Made by a program: the position numbers and the translations under genes. The notes beneath the pieces were generated by a model. That model had not been told where the DNA came from and made no database searches. It saw only the letters and a list, made by a program, of their open reading frames with translations. A stretch of DNA of 64,000 nt from an uncultured Actinomycetes bacterium (GTDB lineage Bacteria; Actinomycetota; Thermoleophilia; Solirubrobacterales; 70-9): contig CAVRVU010000002.1 of NCBI GenBank assembly GCA_963724745.1, positions 94,714-158,713 of the forward strand, in the 5' to 3' direction. Positions 11,740 through 21,800 of this stretch are shown here, in pieces (position 1 is the first letter of the stretch; every line of letters starts with the position of its first letter).

Positions 11740-12993
11740 ATGGACAACCGGGTCGAGGTCGGCGGTTTCGCGCTTGCGGTCGGCAGTTCGGCCGGAACCC
11801 TGATCGAGCGGGGCGACGGTCCTGAGAGGATTGACGACAGCGAGCCGCTGCGAAAGGCCCTCGATGAGTCGACCCCCGGGAAAGCCGAGCCCGGCCCCGC
11901 CCTCGCGACCGAAATCGAGGAAGCCTCGGAGTCGACGGCCAAGATCGAACGGGCCGTCGCGCTCGGCAAGGGCATCGGCGAAGGCCATGCGCTGGATCCC
12001 ACCCAGCTCAGCCTCGAGGTCGGCGCCCTGCTCGACTGCCTCGAGCGACTGGACCGCAAGGGCAAACACAGGAAGTCACTGCAGATGGCGCGGGCGCTGG
12101 CGACCCTGCTGATGCTGCTGAAACGCTGGGTCGACCTGTTGAAGACGCTCCGCGGCGCCCTCCGCGCCGCCGGGCAGCTGGGCGACCAGGAGGCGATCGC
12201 CTGGGCGCGGCACGAGCTCGGCACCCTGCGCCTCGCCGCCGGCGACGTCGAGGGCGCCGACCGGGAATTACGCCAGGCGCGCGAGATTCGCGAGCAGATC
12301 GGCGACCGCCGTGGACTGGCGGCCACCGAGCGGAACATGCAGGCGCTCTGCGATCAGGTGCGCCAGATGCTGCGCAACAAGGAGCTGGTCCGTCCCCGGC
12401 ACGGGAGCGGGCAGACCGCGCCCCTGCGGCTGGCGCTGCTGGCGGCGGCGTTCCTGGCGCTGTTCGGCGGCGGGGTCGCGGCCGGGATGGCGCTGGGCGG
12501 CGAATCCGGCGGCGGGGAGAACGTCGCCGTCACGGACACCGGCAACCCCGGTGACCGGCAGCCGGGGAGAGATTCCAGCGACGACACCGATGCGACGCCG
12601 GTGACCGACGAGAACCCGGACGAGGGGCCGTTCCCCCTCGAGATCACGGTGACCGGCGAAGGCAGCGGCACCGTCGACATCGAAGGCTTCGAGTGCGGCG
12701 AGGGGACCTGCGAGGTGCCTGCCGGTAAAGCCGTGACTCTCGTCGCCGCAGCCGGCAGAGGCTCCGAATTCGGCGGCTTCTCGGGCTCCTGCACCAGCGA
12801 AGACCTCACGTGCACGCTGACGGCAGAGGCGCCGATGTCCGTCACGGCCACCTTCGACCCGTTCACGCCGCCGGTTGTCCCCCCTGCCGTGGATGCGAAA
12901 GACGGCGGAGAAACGGAGACGGGCGAAGTGCCCCTCCCCGAAGACGGAGTGACGGAAGAAACCGAAACGCCACCCGCCGAACCCAGCGAATAG
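11740..12993 (+). CDS. Single-pass membrane protein: cytoplasmic TPR-like helical domain, TM, and an extracytoplasmic Cys-containing beta domain with an acidic tail
   Basis: Helical repeats (ALRAAGQLGDQEAIAWARHELGTLRLAAGDVEGADRELRQAREIREQIGDRRGLA). TM LRLALLAAAFLALFGGGVAAGMAL. GTVDIEGFECGEGTCEVPAG...FGGFSGSCTSEDLTCTL. Confidence 0.6.
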   Translation: MDNRVEVGGFALAVGSSAGTLIERGDGPERIDDSEPLRKALDESTPGKAEPGPALATEIEEASESTAKIERAVALGKGIGEGHALDPTQLSLEVGALLDCLERLDRKGKHRKSLQMARALATLLMLLKRWVDLLKTLRGALRAAGQLGDQEAIAWARHELGTLRLAAGDVEGADRELRQAREIREQIGDRRGLAATERNMQALCDQVRQMLRNKELVRPRHGSGQTAPLRLALLAAAFLALFGGGVAAGMALGGESGGGENVAVTDTGNPGDRQPGRDSSDDTDATPVTDENPDEGPFPLEITVTGEGSGTVDIEGFECGEGTCEVPAGKAVTLVAAAGRGSEFGGFSGSCTSEDLTCTLTAEAPMSVTATFDPFTPPVVPPAVDAKDGGETETGEVPLPEDGVTEETETPPAEPSE

Positions 12994-13001
12994 GAGACCC
13001 G

Positions 13002-14363
13002 ATGACGATCGACCATGTCAGCGCCGACACCGCCCCGCTCTACCTCGAACCGACTGGCAAGAAGCACTCGCTCAAATTGCTCTGGGGAGACCGTGTCGAG
13101 GTGCTGAAAGAGACCGGGGACCGGGTCGAAGTCCGGGCGCGGGGGCGCGAAACGTTCGGCTGGGTCGACAAGGCGAGCCTCGGCGGCGAGCCCCTGCTCG
13201 AGATCTACTTCATCGACGTCGAACAGGGCGACGGGATCCTCGTCAAGACGCCGAACGGGCGCCACCTGATAGTCGACGGCGGCCAGCGCCGCGGCAGACA
13301 GGGCACCGGCAAAAACGCCGCCGACTTCGTCGACTGGAAGTTCTACAAGGACTACGCCGAGGACCGGATCGTGATCGACGCGATGGTCGCCAGCCACTGC
13401 GACTCCGACCACTACGGCGGCCTCACCGACCTGCTCGATGTCGACACCAGCAACGAGCTCGACTGCGACGAGGTCCGTGTCAAAGCCCTTTACCACGCCG
13501 GTGTCGGCTGGTGGCAGGGGGAGAAAGGGGCCACCCTCGGCCCCTACGCGACCGTCGACGGCGAGAAATTCTTCACCCAGCTCGTGGGCGACCGCGGCGA
13601 GGTCGCGGCCGCGCTCGAACCCGGGGCCGACCCGGGGCTGACCGGCGAATGGAGCGACTTCCTGCGGGCGGCCGTCGCCACCCGCTGGACCAACAACCGC
13701 CCGACCACGATCAAGCGGCTCTCGAGCGCCGACGGGTACGTGCCCGGGTTCGGGCCGGGAACCGCGGGCGAGCCGGAGATCAAAGTCCTCGCCCCGGTCC
13801 GGTTCGAGGCCGAAGGCAAGCCGGCGGTTCGCCGCTACAGCGCCGAGGACTCGAAAAACACCAACGGCAACAGCCTCCTGCTGGCGCTGCGCTTTGGCGC
13901 CTGCCGGGTCCTGCTCACCGGCGACCTCAACCGCCTCAGCCAGGAAGCCCTCCTCTCCGACTACTCCGGCCGCCGCGAGGAGTTCCTCTGCGACGTCGGC
14001 AAGGCCTGCCACCACGGTGCCCAGGACGTCTCCTTCGCCTTCCTCAAAGCGATGAGCCCGGCGGTGACGGTCTTCTCCTCCGGTGACAACGAGGGATACG
14101 ACCATCCGCGGCCGTCGATCATCGCCGCCAGCGCGATCAGCGGCTACCAGCAGATGCGGGGAGACGAACTGATCTCACCGCTGATCTTCTCGACCGAGCT
14201 CGCCCGCAGCGTCAAGATCGACCAGGTTGACGGCACCAGGCGCGTGGCCGGGCTGGTCTACGGCCTCGTCAACGTCCGCACCGATGGGCGCCGCATCCTC
14301 TGCGCAACCCGCGACGAGAAGACGCTCGGCTGGCGCATCGACGTGACCCAGTCACGCTTCTAG
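13002..14363 (+). CDS. MBL-fold metallo-hydrolase of the ComEC/Rec2 type with an N-terminal SH3-like domain
   Basis: SHCDSDHYGG (ComEC-style H-x-D-x-DH). ...LLTGDL...CHHGA...GYDHP. AGGAG SD is 5 nt upstream of the ATG at 13002, 9 nt after the upstream stop. Confidence 0.75.
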   Translation: MTIDHVSADTAPLYLEPTGKKHSLKLLWGDRVEVLKETGDRVEVRARGRETFGWVDKASLGGEPLLEIYFIDVEQGDGILVKTPNGRHLIVDGGQRRGRQGTGKNAADFVDWKFYKDYAEDRIVIDAMVASHCDSDHYGGLTDLLDVDTSNELDCDEVRVKALYHAGVGWWQGEKGATLGPYATVDGEKFFTQLVGDRGEVAAALEPGADPGLTGEWSDFLRAAVATRWTNNRPTTIKRLSSADGYVPGFGPGTAGEPEIKVLAPVRFEAEGKPAVRRYSAEDSKNTNGNSLLLALRFGACRVLLTGDLNRLSQEALLSDYSGRREEFLCDVGKACHHGAQDVSFAFLKAMSPAVTVFSSGDNEGYDHPRPSIIAASAISGYQQMRGDELISPLIFSTELARSVKIDQVDGTRRVAGLVYGLVNVRTDGRRILCATRDEKTLGWRIDVTQSRF

Positions 14364-14502
14364 GCTCGGCTGTCAGGGCAGCTCCGTCGCCGCTTGGAGC
14401 CTTTCCGCCACCAGCACGAGTCGCGAACAGGGAACCCCAAGCCCCCTTGCCACCTTGCGAGTTTCATCAGTCCCGAAAACCTCCATCGAGGGCCCAAATG
14501 CC

Positions 14503-14546
14503 GAGACCGCAGGAGACCCGGCATAAAGACGGGTTCCTGCGGTCTC
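14503..14546. terminator. Strong bidirectional hairpin between convergent genes
   Basis: GAGACCGCAGGA g ACCCG-gcataaaga-CGGGT t TCCTGCGGTCTC (12 + 5 bp stem), read directly. Confidence 0.7.
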
Positions 14547-14574
14547 GTGCAGCAGAGTTACTACTTGGCCCGAG

Positions 14575-15375
14575 TCAGCCGGTGACCCCTTTCACCACCG
14601 GGTAATAACCACTGGCGTGACCGGTGACCTTCGGGTGGTAGCTTTCGCCGACCGGGTTGGAAAGGCCGTTGATCCACTCCGTTGAGGAGCCGCCTCCGCC
14701 GTCGCACACGGCGTGACCGATAAAGGGCGGAATCACGTCGCGGAAGACGAAGTTCGCCCCCGCTCTGCCTGCCGCCGCGCTGACCACGTTCTTCAGCTGG
14801 TCGGCCGTCTGGTTCAGTCGCGTCATCTCGCTGCTGCTGAACCAGGTGAGCGCGTTGCAGTCGGTGCCGTTGAACAGGCGCGGGTAGTCGAGGACGACCA
14901 CTTTCGCGCTCGGCGCCCGCGACCTGATCGCGTTGTTGACCAGGTCGAGCCGGCCCGGCAGCGTGTTCGCGATGTAGGACTGGGCGGTGTTGATCGCCCC
15001 TTCGCAGTTCGATGCCCACGAAGGCAGCGCACATTCGGTGATCACGCTCGAGAAACCGGCGTCGTTGCCGCCGATCGTGTAGGTGACCCAGTTGGTATCC
15101 GAGGTCACACTGTTTACCTGGGTGTTGATCACGTCGCCGGTCTTCGCCCCCGAGCAGGTGGCGTTGACGAACGTCCATTCTGGATGGGCGTTGTGCAACA
15201 GGTACGGGTACGCGTAGACCGACCGTTGACAGGTCGATTCGTAGAACGTCCGCGTTCCCGTGCCCGACGAGTAGGAGTCCCCGAGCGCGACGTACTTGAC
15301 CGCCAGCGCCGGACTGGCGAACAGCAGGCAGAAAGCCAGCACGCAGAGGGCTGCTGAGATGCGCCTCCCCTTCAT
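14575..15375 (-). CDS. Secreted SGNH/GDSL hydrolase (lipase/esterase)
   Basis: Signal peptide ALCVLAFCLLFASPALA followed by YVALGDSYSSG (block I), GGND (block III) and a C-terminal ...GHA... region. Confidence 0.85.
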   Translation of the reverse strand: MKGRRISAALCVLAFCLLFASPALAVKYVALGDSYSSGTGTRTFYESTCQRSVYAYPYLLHNAHPEWTFVNATCSGAKTGDVINTQVNSVTSDTNWVTYTIGGNDAGFSSVITECALPSWASNCEGAINTAQSYIANTLPGRLDLVNNAIRSRAPSAKVVVLDYPRLFNGTDCNALTWFSSSEMTRLNQTADQLKNVVSAAAGRAGANFVFRDVIPPFIGHAVCDGGGGSSTEWINGLSNPVGESYHPKVTGHASGYYPVVKGVTG

Positions 15376-15473
15376 ATTGCTCCTCCTAAAAAATCGACCG
15401 CTCCCGCCCGCGCCCCCACGGCATGTGGTCAGTTATTTCTGATCATACTTTTTGCGATAAACCCGACCGTTTC

Positions 15474-16342
15474 TTATCGCGGCAGGCTGAAGCGGACGCT
15501 GGTCCCCCGCGCCGCCGGCGCCAGCCAGATGCGGCCGCCGTGGCGCTCGACGATCGCGCGGGAGACGGCGAGGCCGAGGCCGGCACCGTCGGAGCCGCGC
15601 GAGGCATCCGCCCCGCCGCGGAAGAAAGCGTCGAAGACGCGCCCGCGCTCCGCGGCGGGGATCCCGTCGCCGGTGTCGGCGACCTCGATCTCCACCTCTC
15701 CCCTGCCGCCCGTCGCCCGCACGGTGACGGTGCCGTCAGCGGGGGTGTGGCGGATCGCGTTGCGGATCAGGTTGAAGAGAACGCGCTGGACCTTCTCCGG
15801 GTCGGCCTTGGCCCGCAGCTCCTGCTCGCTGCGCTGGGTGCGGATCTCGACCCCCTTGGCGCCGGCCTCGGGCTGCATCGCCGCGACCGTCTCGTCGACC
15901 AGCATCCCCAGCTCGACCTGGCGGATCGACCACTCGATGTCGCCGGCCTCGATCCGCGAGAGCTCGAAGAGGTCGTCGATCAGCGTGCTCAGCGAGTTGA
16001 CGTTGACCCTCATCGTCGCCAGGTAGCGGCGCCGGGTCTCCTCGTCGACGATCTCGTCATCGACCGCCTCGACCAGCAGCCGCAGCGAGGCGAGCGGCGT
16101 GCGCAGGTCGTGGGAGACGGCGGCGATCATCTGCCGCCGGGTCGCCTCGGCCGCCTCCCGGGCGCGCTCGCGCTGGGCCAGCGAAGCGATCCGCAGGCTG
16201 ACCAGGCCGATCGCGAGGACGAGGACCGAGAAGAGCAGCGCGTCGCGGTCGGAGACGTACATCATCCGCGCGGCGAGGAAGATCGCGACGAGGACGGCGG
16301 CGAGGACCGCCACCGTCAGCATCGCCTGGCGGCGCAGCGGGG

Positions 16343-16346
<4 letters not shown>
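15474..16346 (-). CDS. Sensor histidine kinase (short N-terminal TM pair, HisKA, HATPase_c)
   Basis: H-box AAVSHDLRTPL. N-box LFNLIRNAIRHT. G-boxes DTGDGIP and GAGLGLA. ATGA overlap with the upstream response regulator. Confidence 0.85.
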
Positions 16347-17067
<721 letters not shown>

Positions 17068-17071
<4 letters not shown>

Positions 17072-18807
17072 CCGAAGGTGAAGGCGTAACCGGAGATCCT
17101 CGGAGCGAATTCCAGGCTGAGGAGGTGGTGCTGGGCGCTCGGCAGTTCGACCAGGCGATAGAGGCGCTGGCGCTCGATCGTCGCGACGCCGTCCTGGACA
17201 TCGGTCCCGGCGAAGCGCTGCGGCAGCGGCTTGCCGTCGAGCAGGACCCGCAGCGGCCGCGGCTCGCCGCCGCGCGAGCCGAGCACGAGGAACACCTTGC
17301 GGGCGCCGAAGTCGAGGTCGAGGCGGGCGCCGGCGAGCGCGGTGGCACCGTCGAACCCGATCCGCCAGCGCCCCTCGTAGGCGAGGCCGTCGGGCGGCAC
17401 TTCGGCGGCGGAGGCCTGAAAGTTCTGGGTCCCGGCCGCGATCGAGCCGTTGACGAAGCGCAGCGCCCGGCCGGCGCCGAGGTAGCTCTCCGGCGTGGTC
17501 ACCCCGGCCGAAGCGGTCTCGGCGTGTGCCTCCGCGCGCCCGGCGCCGGGCCGGTGTCCCGATTCGGCCAGCAGCTCACGGATCGCCGCCTCGGTCTCGC
17601 CGTATTCGCCCTCGCCGAAGTGGGCGTAGCGGACCCGACCCTCGGCGTCGATCAGGTACTTCGCCGGCCAGTACTGGTTCGCGTAGGCGTTCCAGGTCGC
17701 GAGGTCGTTGTCCTGGACGACGGGATATTCGATGTGGTTCTGGGCGATCGCATCGGCGACGTTGCCGGCCTCGCGCTCAAATGGGAACTCAGGGCTGTGG
17801 ACGCCGACGATCGTCAGCCCGCGGTCGCGGTATCGCCTGTCCCAGGCGGTCACCTCGGGCAGGGTGCGGATGCAGTTGATGCAGGTGTAGGTCCAGAAAT
17901 CGACCAGGACGACGCGCCCGCGCAGCCCACGCAGGGTCAGCGGCCGGTCGCCGGGCGTGTTGAACCACTGCTGGGTGCCGGTGAATTCAGGCGCCGTACC
18001 CAGCACCGGCAGCCTGGCGCCGTCCGGTTCCTCGCTCGAGGCGGCGCGGCTGCCGACGCCGCCGTGGACGGTGCGCAGTCGGGCCAGCTGATCGCGGACA
18101 TCGCCGTTCTCCTCGAGGTCCTTGGTCGGGTTGACGAGGACGGCGGGCAGGTCGCTGGCGATCGCGGTCTGGAAGCGGGTGTCGTAGTCGCCGGCCATCA
18201 GCAGGGCGACGATCACCATCACCGCGCCGGTCGCCATCTGCAACCGCCCCGCCTGCGGCGCCAGCCGGGCGATCAGCTTGCGCCCGCCGAGCAGGAGGAA
18301 GTAGAGGACGACGGCGCTGCCGGCCGTGTAGGAGAGCGCCACCGCGAGGCGGCCGGCAGTGAAGGACTGCGAGGCGGAGACGGTGATCACCCCGGCCAGG
18401 ATCGGCCCGGCGCAGGGCGCGTAAACGAAGCCGAGGCTGCCGCCGAGCAGAAGTCCGGAGCGGAACCCGTCGCCGCTGCCGGCCCGCGGCGCCGGCACCA
18501 CCCGGCTGATCCGGGCCTCGATCCGAGCGGCGACCGGCGGCATCAACAGCGAGATCCCGAAGCCGAGCAGCACCGCGATCGCCAGGTTGCGCAGCAGGTC
18601 GCCAGGCAGGCCGAGGGCGTCGATCACGTAGACGAGCGCCACCGTGGCGAAGGCGAAGGACAGCGCCAGCCCGGTGACGACGCCGAGCGGCCGCCGCCGG
18701 CCCCCGGTCACCCCGGCCGAGAGCGCCACCGGCAGCACCGGCAGGACGCAGGGGGAAAGCGCCGTCGCCGCCCCGGCCACGAACGCGAATGCCATCAGCG
18801 CGACCAC
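17068..18807 (-). CDS. dipZ: Cytochrome c biogenesis CcdA/DsbD-type membrane domain fused to a thioredoxin-like domain and a C-terminal beta domain (DipZ-like)
   Basis: LSPCVLPVLPV and YAPCAGPIL TM cysteines. Redoxin motif VLVDFWTYTCINCIRTLP. Confidence 0.75.
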
Positions 18808-18892
18808 GTCAGAGACTCTGGCAGGCGGCGCTTACGAATCCCTTACAAGCGTGAAACCCATGTCCAAAGCCGTGTGGGAACGGGGCGTCGGT

Positions 18893-21800
18893 CTAGCCGG
18901 CAGCGTGATCCGCTGCCCACACTCCGAGTGGTTCGATCTCACTCCAGCTGTAGTTGCTGTGTTCGCTGGTCCACGACCCAAGGCCAGGGGCGCAAACGAT
19001 GTCGTTGTTATGGCAGTAGGCGATGGTACGACCAGCTACCGACGAGGGGATAACGGCAGTGCCCCCGTGTCCGAACGCCATCGTGTAGATCCCGTCCGCT
19101 GAGGTCGCCGCCGATCCCCACTTGGTCACGCCGTTGTCATCACCTCGAGCCTCCGGGTCAGCCAACAGGACTACGGCCGAAACATGGGAGAGATCGGCGG
19201 AGGACATCAACTCGCTGAGAGCAAGGTGGATGGCGAGCGCCCCCTGCGAGTATCCAGCGAGAACGATCTTCTCTGAAGGGCATGCTTCGCTCTCTTGGTG
19301 GACACCCAGGGCGATGTCGAGTGCACCTTCCCAAAAGCTTTCTTCGAATTCGAGATAGGAGTTGCCGAAGATGGCTCCCCAGGGACCCGGAACCGGCAGC
19401 GCCGGATATCGCAATCCAAAGCCCCGGACGGTCGACCCCGGGCTCAGCTTTTCGAATTCTTCGCGGAAGGCAAAGAAAATGCCCGGGATACGTGATCCCA
19501 TGTTCGCGCTCTCCGTCGAGCTGTAGGTTTCGCCGACTAGCGGGGCCTCACCCGAACCTCGAACTCCTACGAACAACGCAGTCGCGCAGTCCCCGGAAGG
19601 CGATTGGGGTTGCGGGGTGACAGCGGGCATCGGCGGAGGGCTCCACCCAACCCACGGAACTACCATCGGACCATCCCCTTGGATGGGGGTTCCTTGTCCC
19701 CCTGGCGCTGGACCGGAAGGCGAACCCCAATCGACATGGGTGGCATCAACCCAGGTATTGGCAGAGACCCCTACGGTTGAGTGCAGGATCGCGCCATGGA
19801 TCGCGACATCGTTGCCATCCGCGACGTAGAGGGCGGTAGAGGCGTACTCCAAGGTCGTGCCAAGAAGGTGTGCCGATCCGCCGGACACGACGTAGATGCC
19901 GCCCCAGTCGCCGGCGAGCGGCGCGGTGGCGTTGCCGTCGCCGTTGGTGTCGCCGCCGACGGTGTCGTCGCGCCAGGAGGTGAAGGCGACCGGGCTGGCG
20001 CCGGTGCCGTTGGCCTCGAGGGTGCCCTGGACGACGACTTCGCCGCCGCAGTTGGCGAAGGCCTTGACGATCGTGCCGGCGCCGAGGGTGAGCTTGATCC
20101 CCGGCGGGATCGTCAGCGAGCCGCAGCCGCCGGAGAGCACCGGCACCAGGTTGCCCGACCAGGGCAGCGAGGAGCTGACGGCGAGGGTGTCGGCGCCGAG
20201 CCGCACCCCGTTCAGGCCGTTGGCCGAGCCCGAGTTGCCGTCGAGGGCGCCCATGTCGAGGGAGGCGTTGTAGATGCTGATCGCGTTGCCGGCGACTTTG
20301 GTGACGGTGTTGCCGGTGAGCGTCGGGATGCCGAGCGGGGAGTTGACGGCGATGCCGTCGCCCTGGGCCTTTTCGATCGTCGAGTTGGTGATCGAGGTGG
20401 TGGCCGAGCTCGCCTGCAGGGGCGAGGAGGCGTAGGCGACCTTGACGTGGTCGAGGTCGAGGGTCGGGTTGGGGTTGCCGTTGCCGGCGGGGCTGGTGTA
20501 GATGCCGCCCCAGTCGCCGGCGAGCGGCGCGGTGGCGTTGCCGTCGCCGTTGGTGTCGCCGCCGACGGTGTCGTCGCGCCAGGAGGTGAAGGCGACCGGG
20601 CTGGCGCCGGTGCCGTTGGCCTCGAGGGTGCCCTGGACGACGACTTCGCCGCCGCAGTTGGCGAAGGCCTTGACGATCGTGCCGGCGCCGAGGGTGAGCT
20701 TGATCCCCGGCGGGATCGTCAGCGAGCCGCAGCCGCCGGAGAGCACCGGCACCAGGTTGCCCGACCAGGGCAGCGAGGAGCTGACGGCGAGGGTGTCGGC
20801 GCCGAGCCGCACCCCGTTCAGGCCGTTGGCCGAGCCCGAGTTGCCGTCGAGGGCGCCCATGTCGAGGGAGGCGTTGTAGATGCTGATCGCGTTGCCGGCG
20901 ACTTTGGTGACGGTGTTGCCGGTGAGCGTCGGGATGCCGAGCGGGGAGTTGACGGCGATGCCGTCGCCCTGGGCCTTTTCGATCGTCGAGTTGGTGATCG
21001 AGGTGGTGGCCGAGCTCGCCTGCAGGGGCGAGGAGGCGTAGGCGACCTTGACGTGGTCGAGGTCGAGGGTCGGGTTGGGGTTGCCGTTGCCGGCGGGGCT
21101 GGTGTAGATGCCGCCCCAGTCGCCGGCGAGCGGCGCGGTGGCGTTGCCGTCGCCGTTGGTGTCGCCGCCGACGGTGTCGTCGCGCCAGGAGGTGAAGGCG
21201 ACCGGGCTGGCGCCGGTGCCGTTGGCCTCGAGGGTGCCCTGGACGACGACTTCGCCGCCGCAGTTGGCGAAGGCCTTGACGATCGTGCCGGCGCCGAGGG
21301 TGAGCTTGATCCCCGGCGGGATCGTCAGCGAGCCGCAGCCGCCGGAGAGCACCGGCACCAGGTTGCCCGACCAGGGCAGCGAGGAGCTGACGGCGAGGGT
21401 GTCGGCGCCGAGCCGCACCCCGTTCAGGCCGTTGGCCGAGCCCGAGTTGCCGTCGAGGGCGCCCATGTCGAGGGAGGCGTTGTAGATGCTGATCGCGTTG
21501 CCGGCGACTTTGGTGACGGTGTTGCCGGTGAGCGTCGGGATGCCGAGCGGGGAGTTGACGGCGATGCCGTCGCCCTGGGCCTTTTCGATCGTCGAGTTGG
21601 TGATCGAGGTGGTGGCCGAGCTCGCCTGCAGGGGCGAGGAGGCGTAGGCGACCTTGACGTGGTCGAGGTCGAGGGTCGGGTTGGGGTTGCCGTTGCCGGC
21701 GGGGCTGGTGTAGATGCCGCCCCAGTCGCCGGCGAGCGGCGCGGTGGCGTTGCCGTCGCCGTTGGTGTCGCCGCCGACGGTGTCGTCGCGCCAGGAGGTG

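Noticed and set aside
12354-14105. 583-aa minus-strand ORF. The same reasoning applies to 17050..19053 (+), 2828..4384 (-) and 972..1703 (+).
   Set aside because: Each is antisense to a gene with clear family motifs (MBL hydrolase, DipZ, YVTN propeller, HxlR) and has the composition typical of non-coding frames in G+C-rich DNA.
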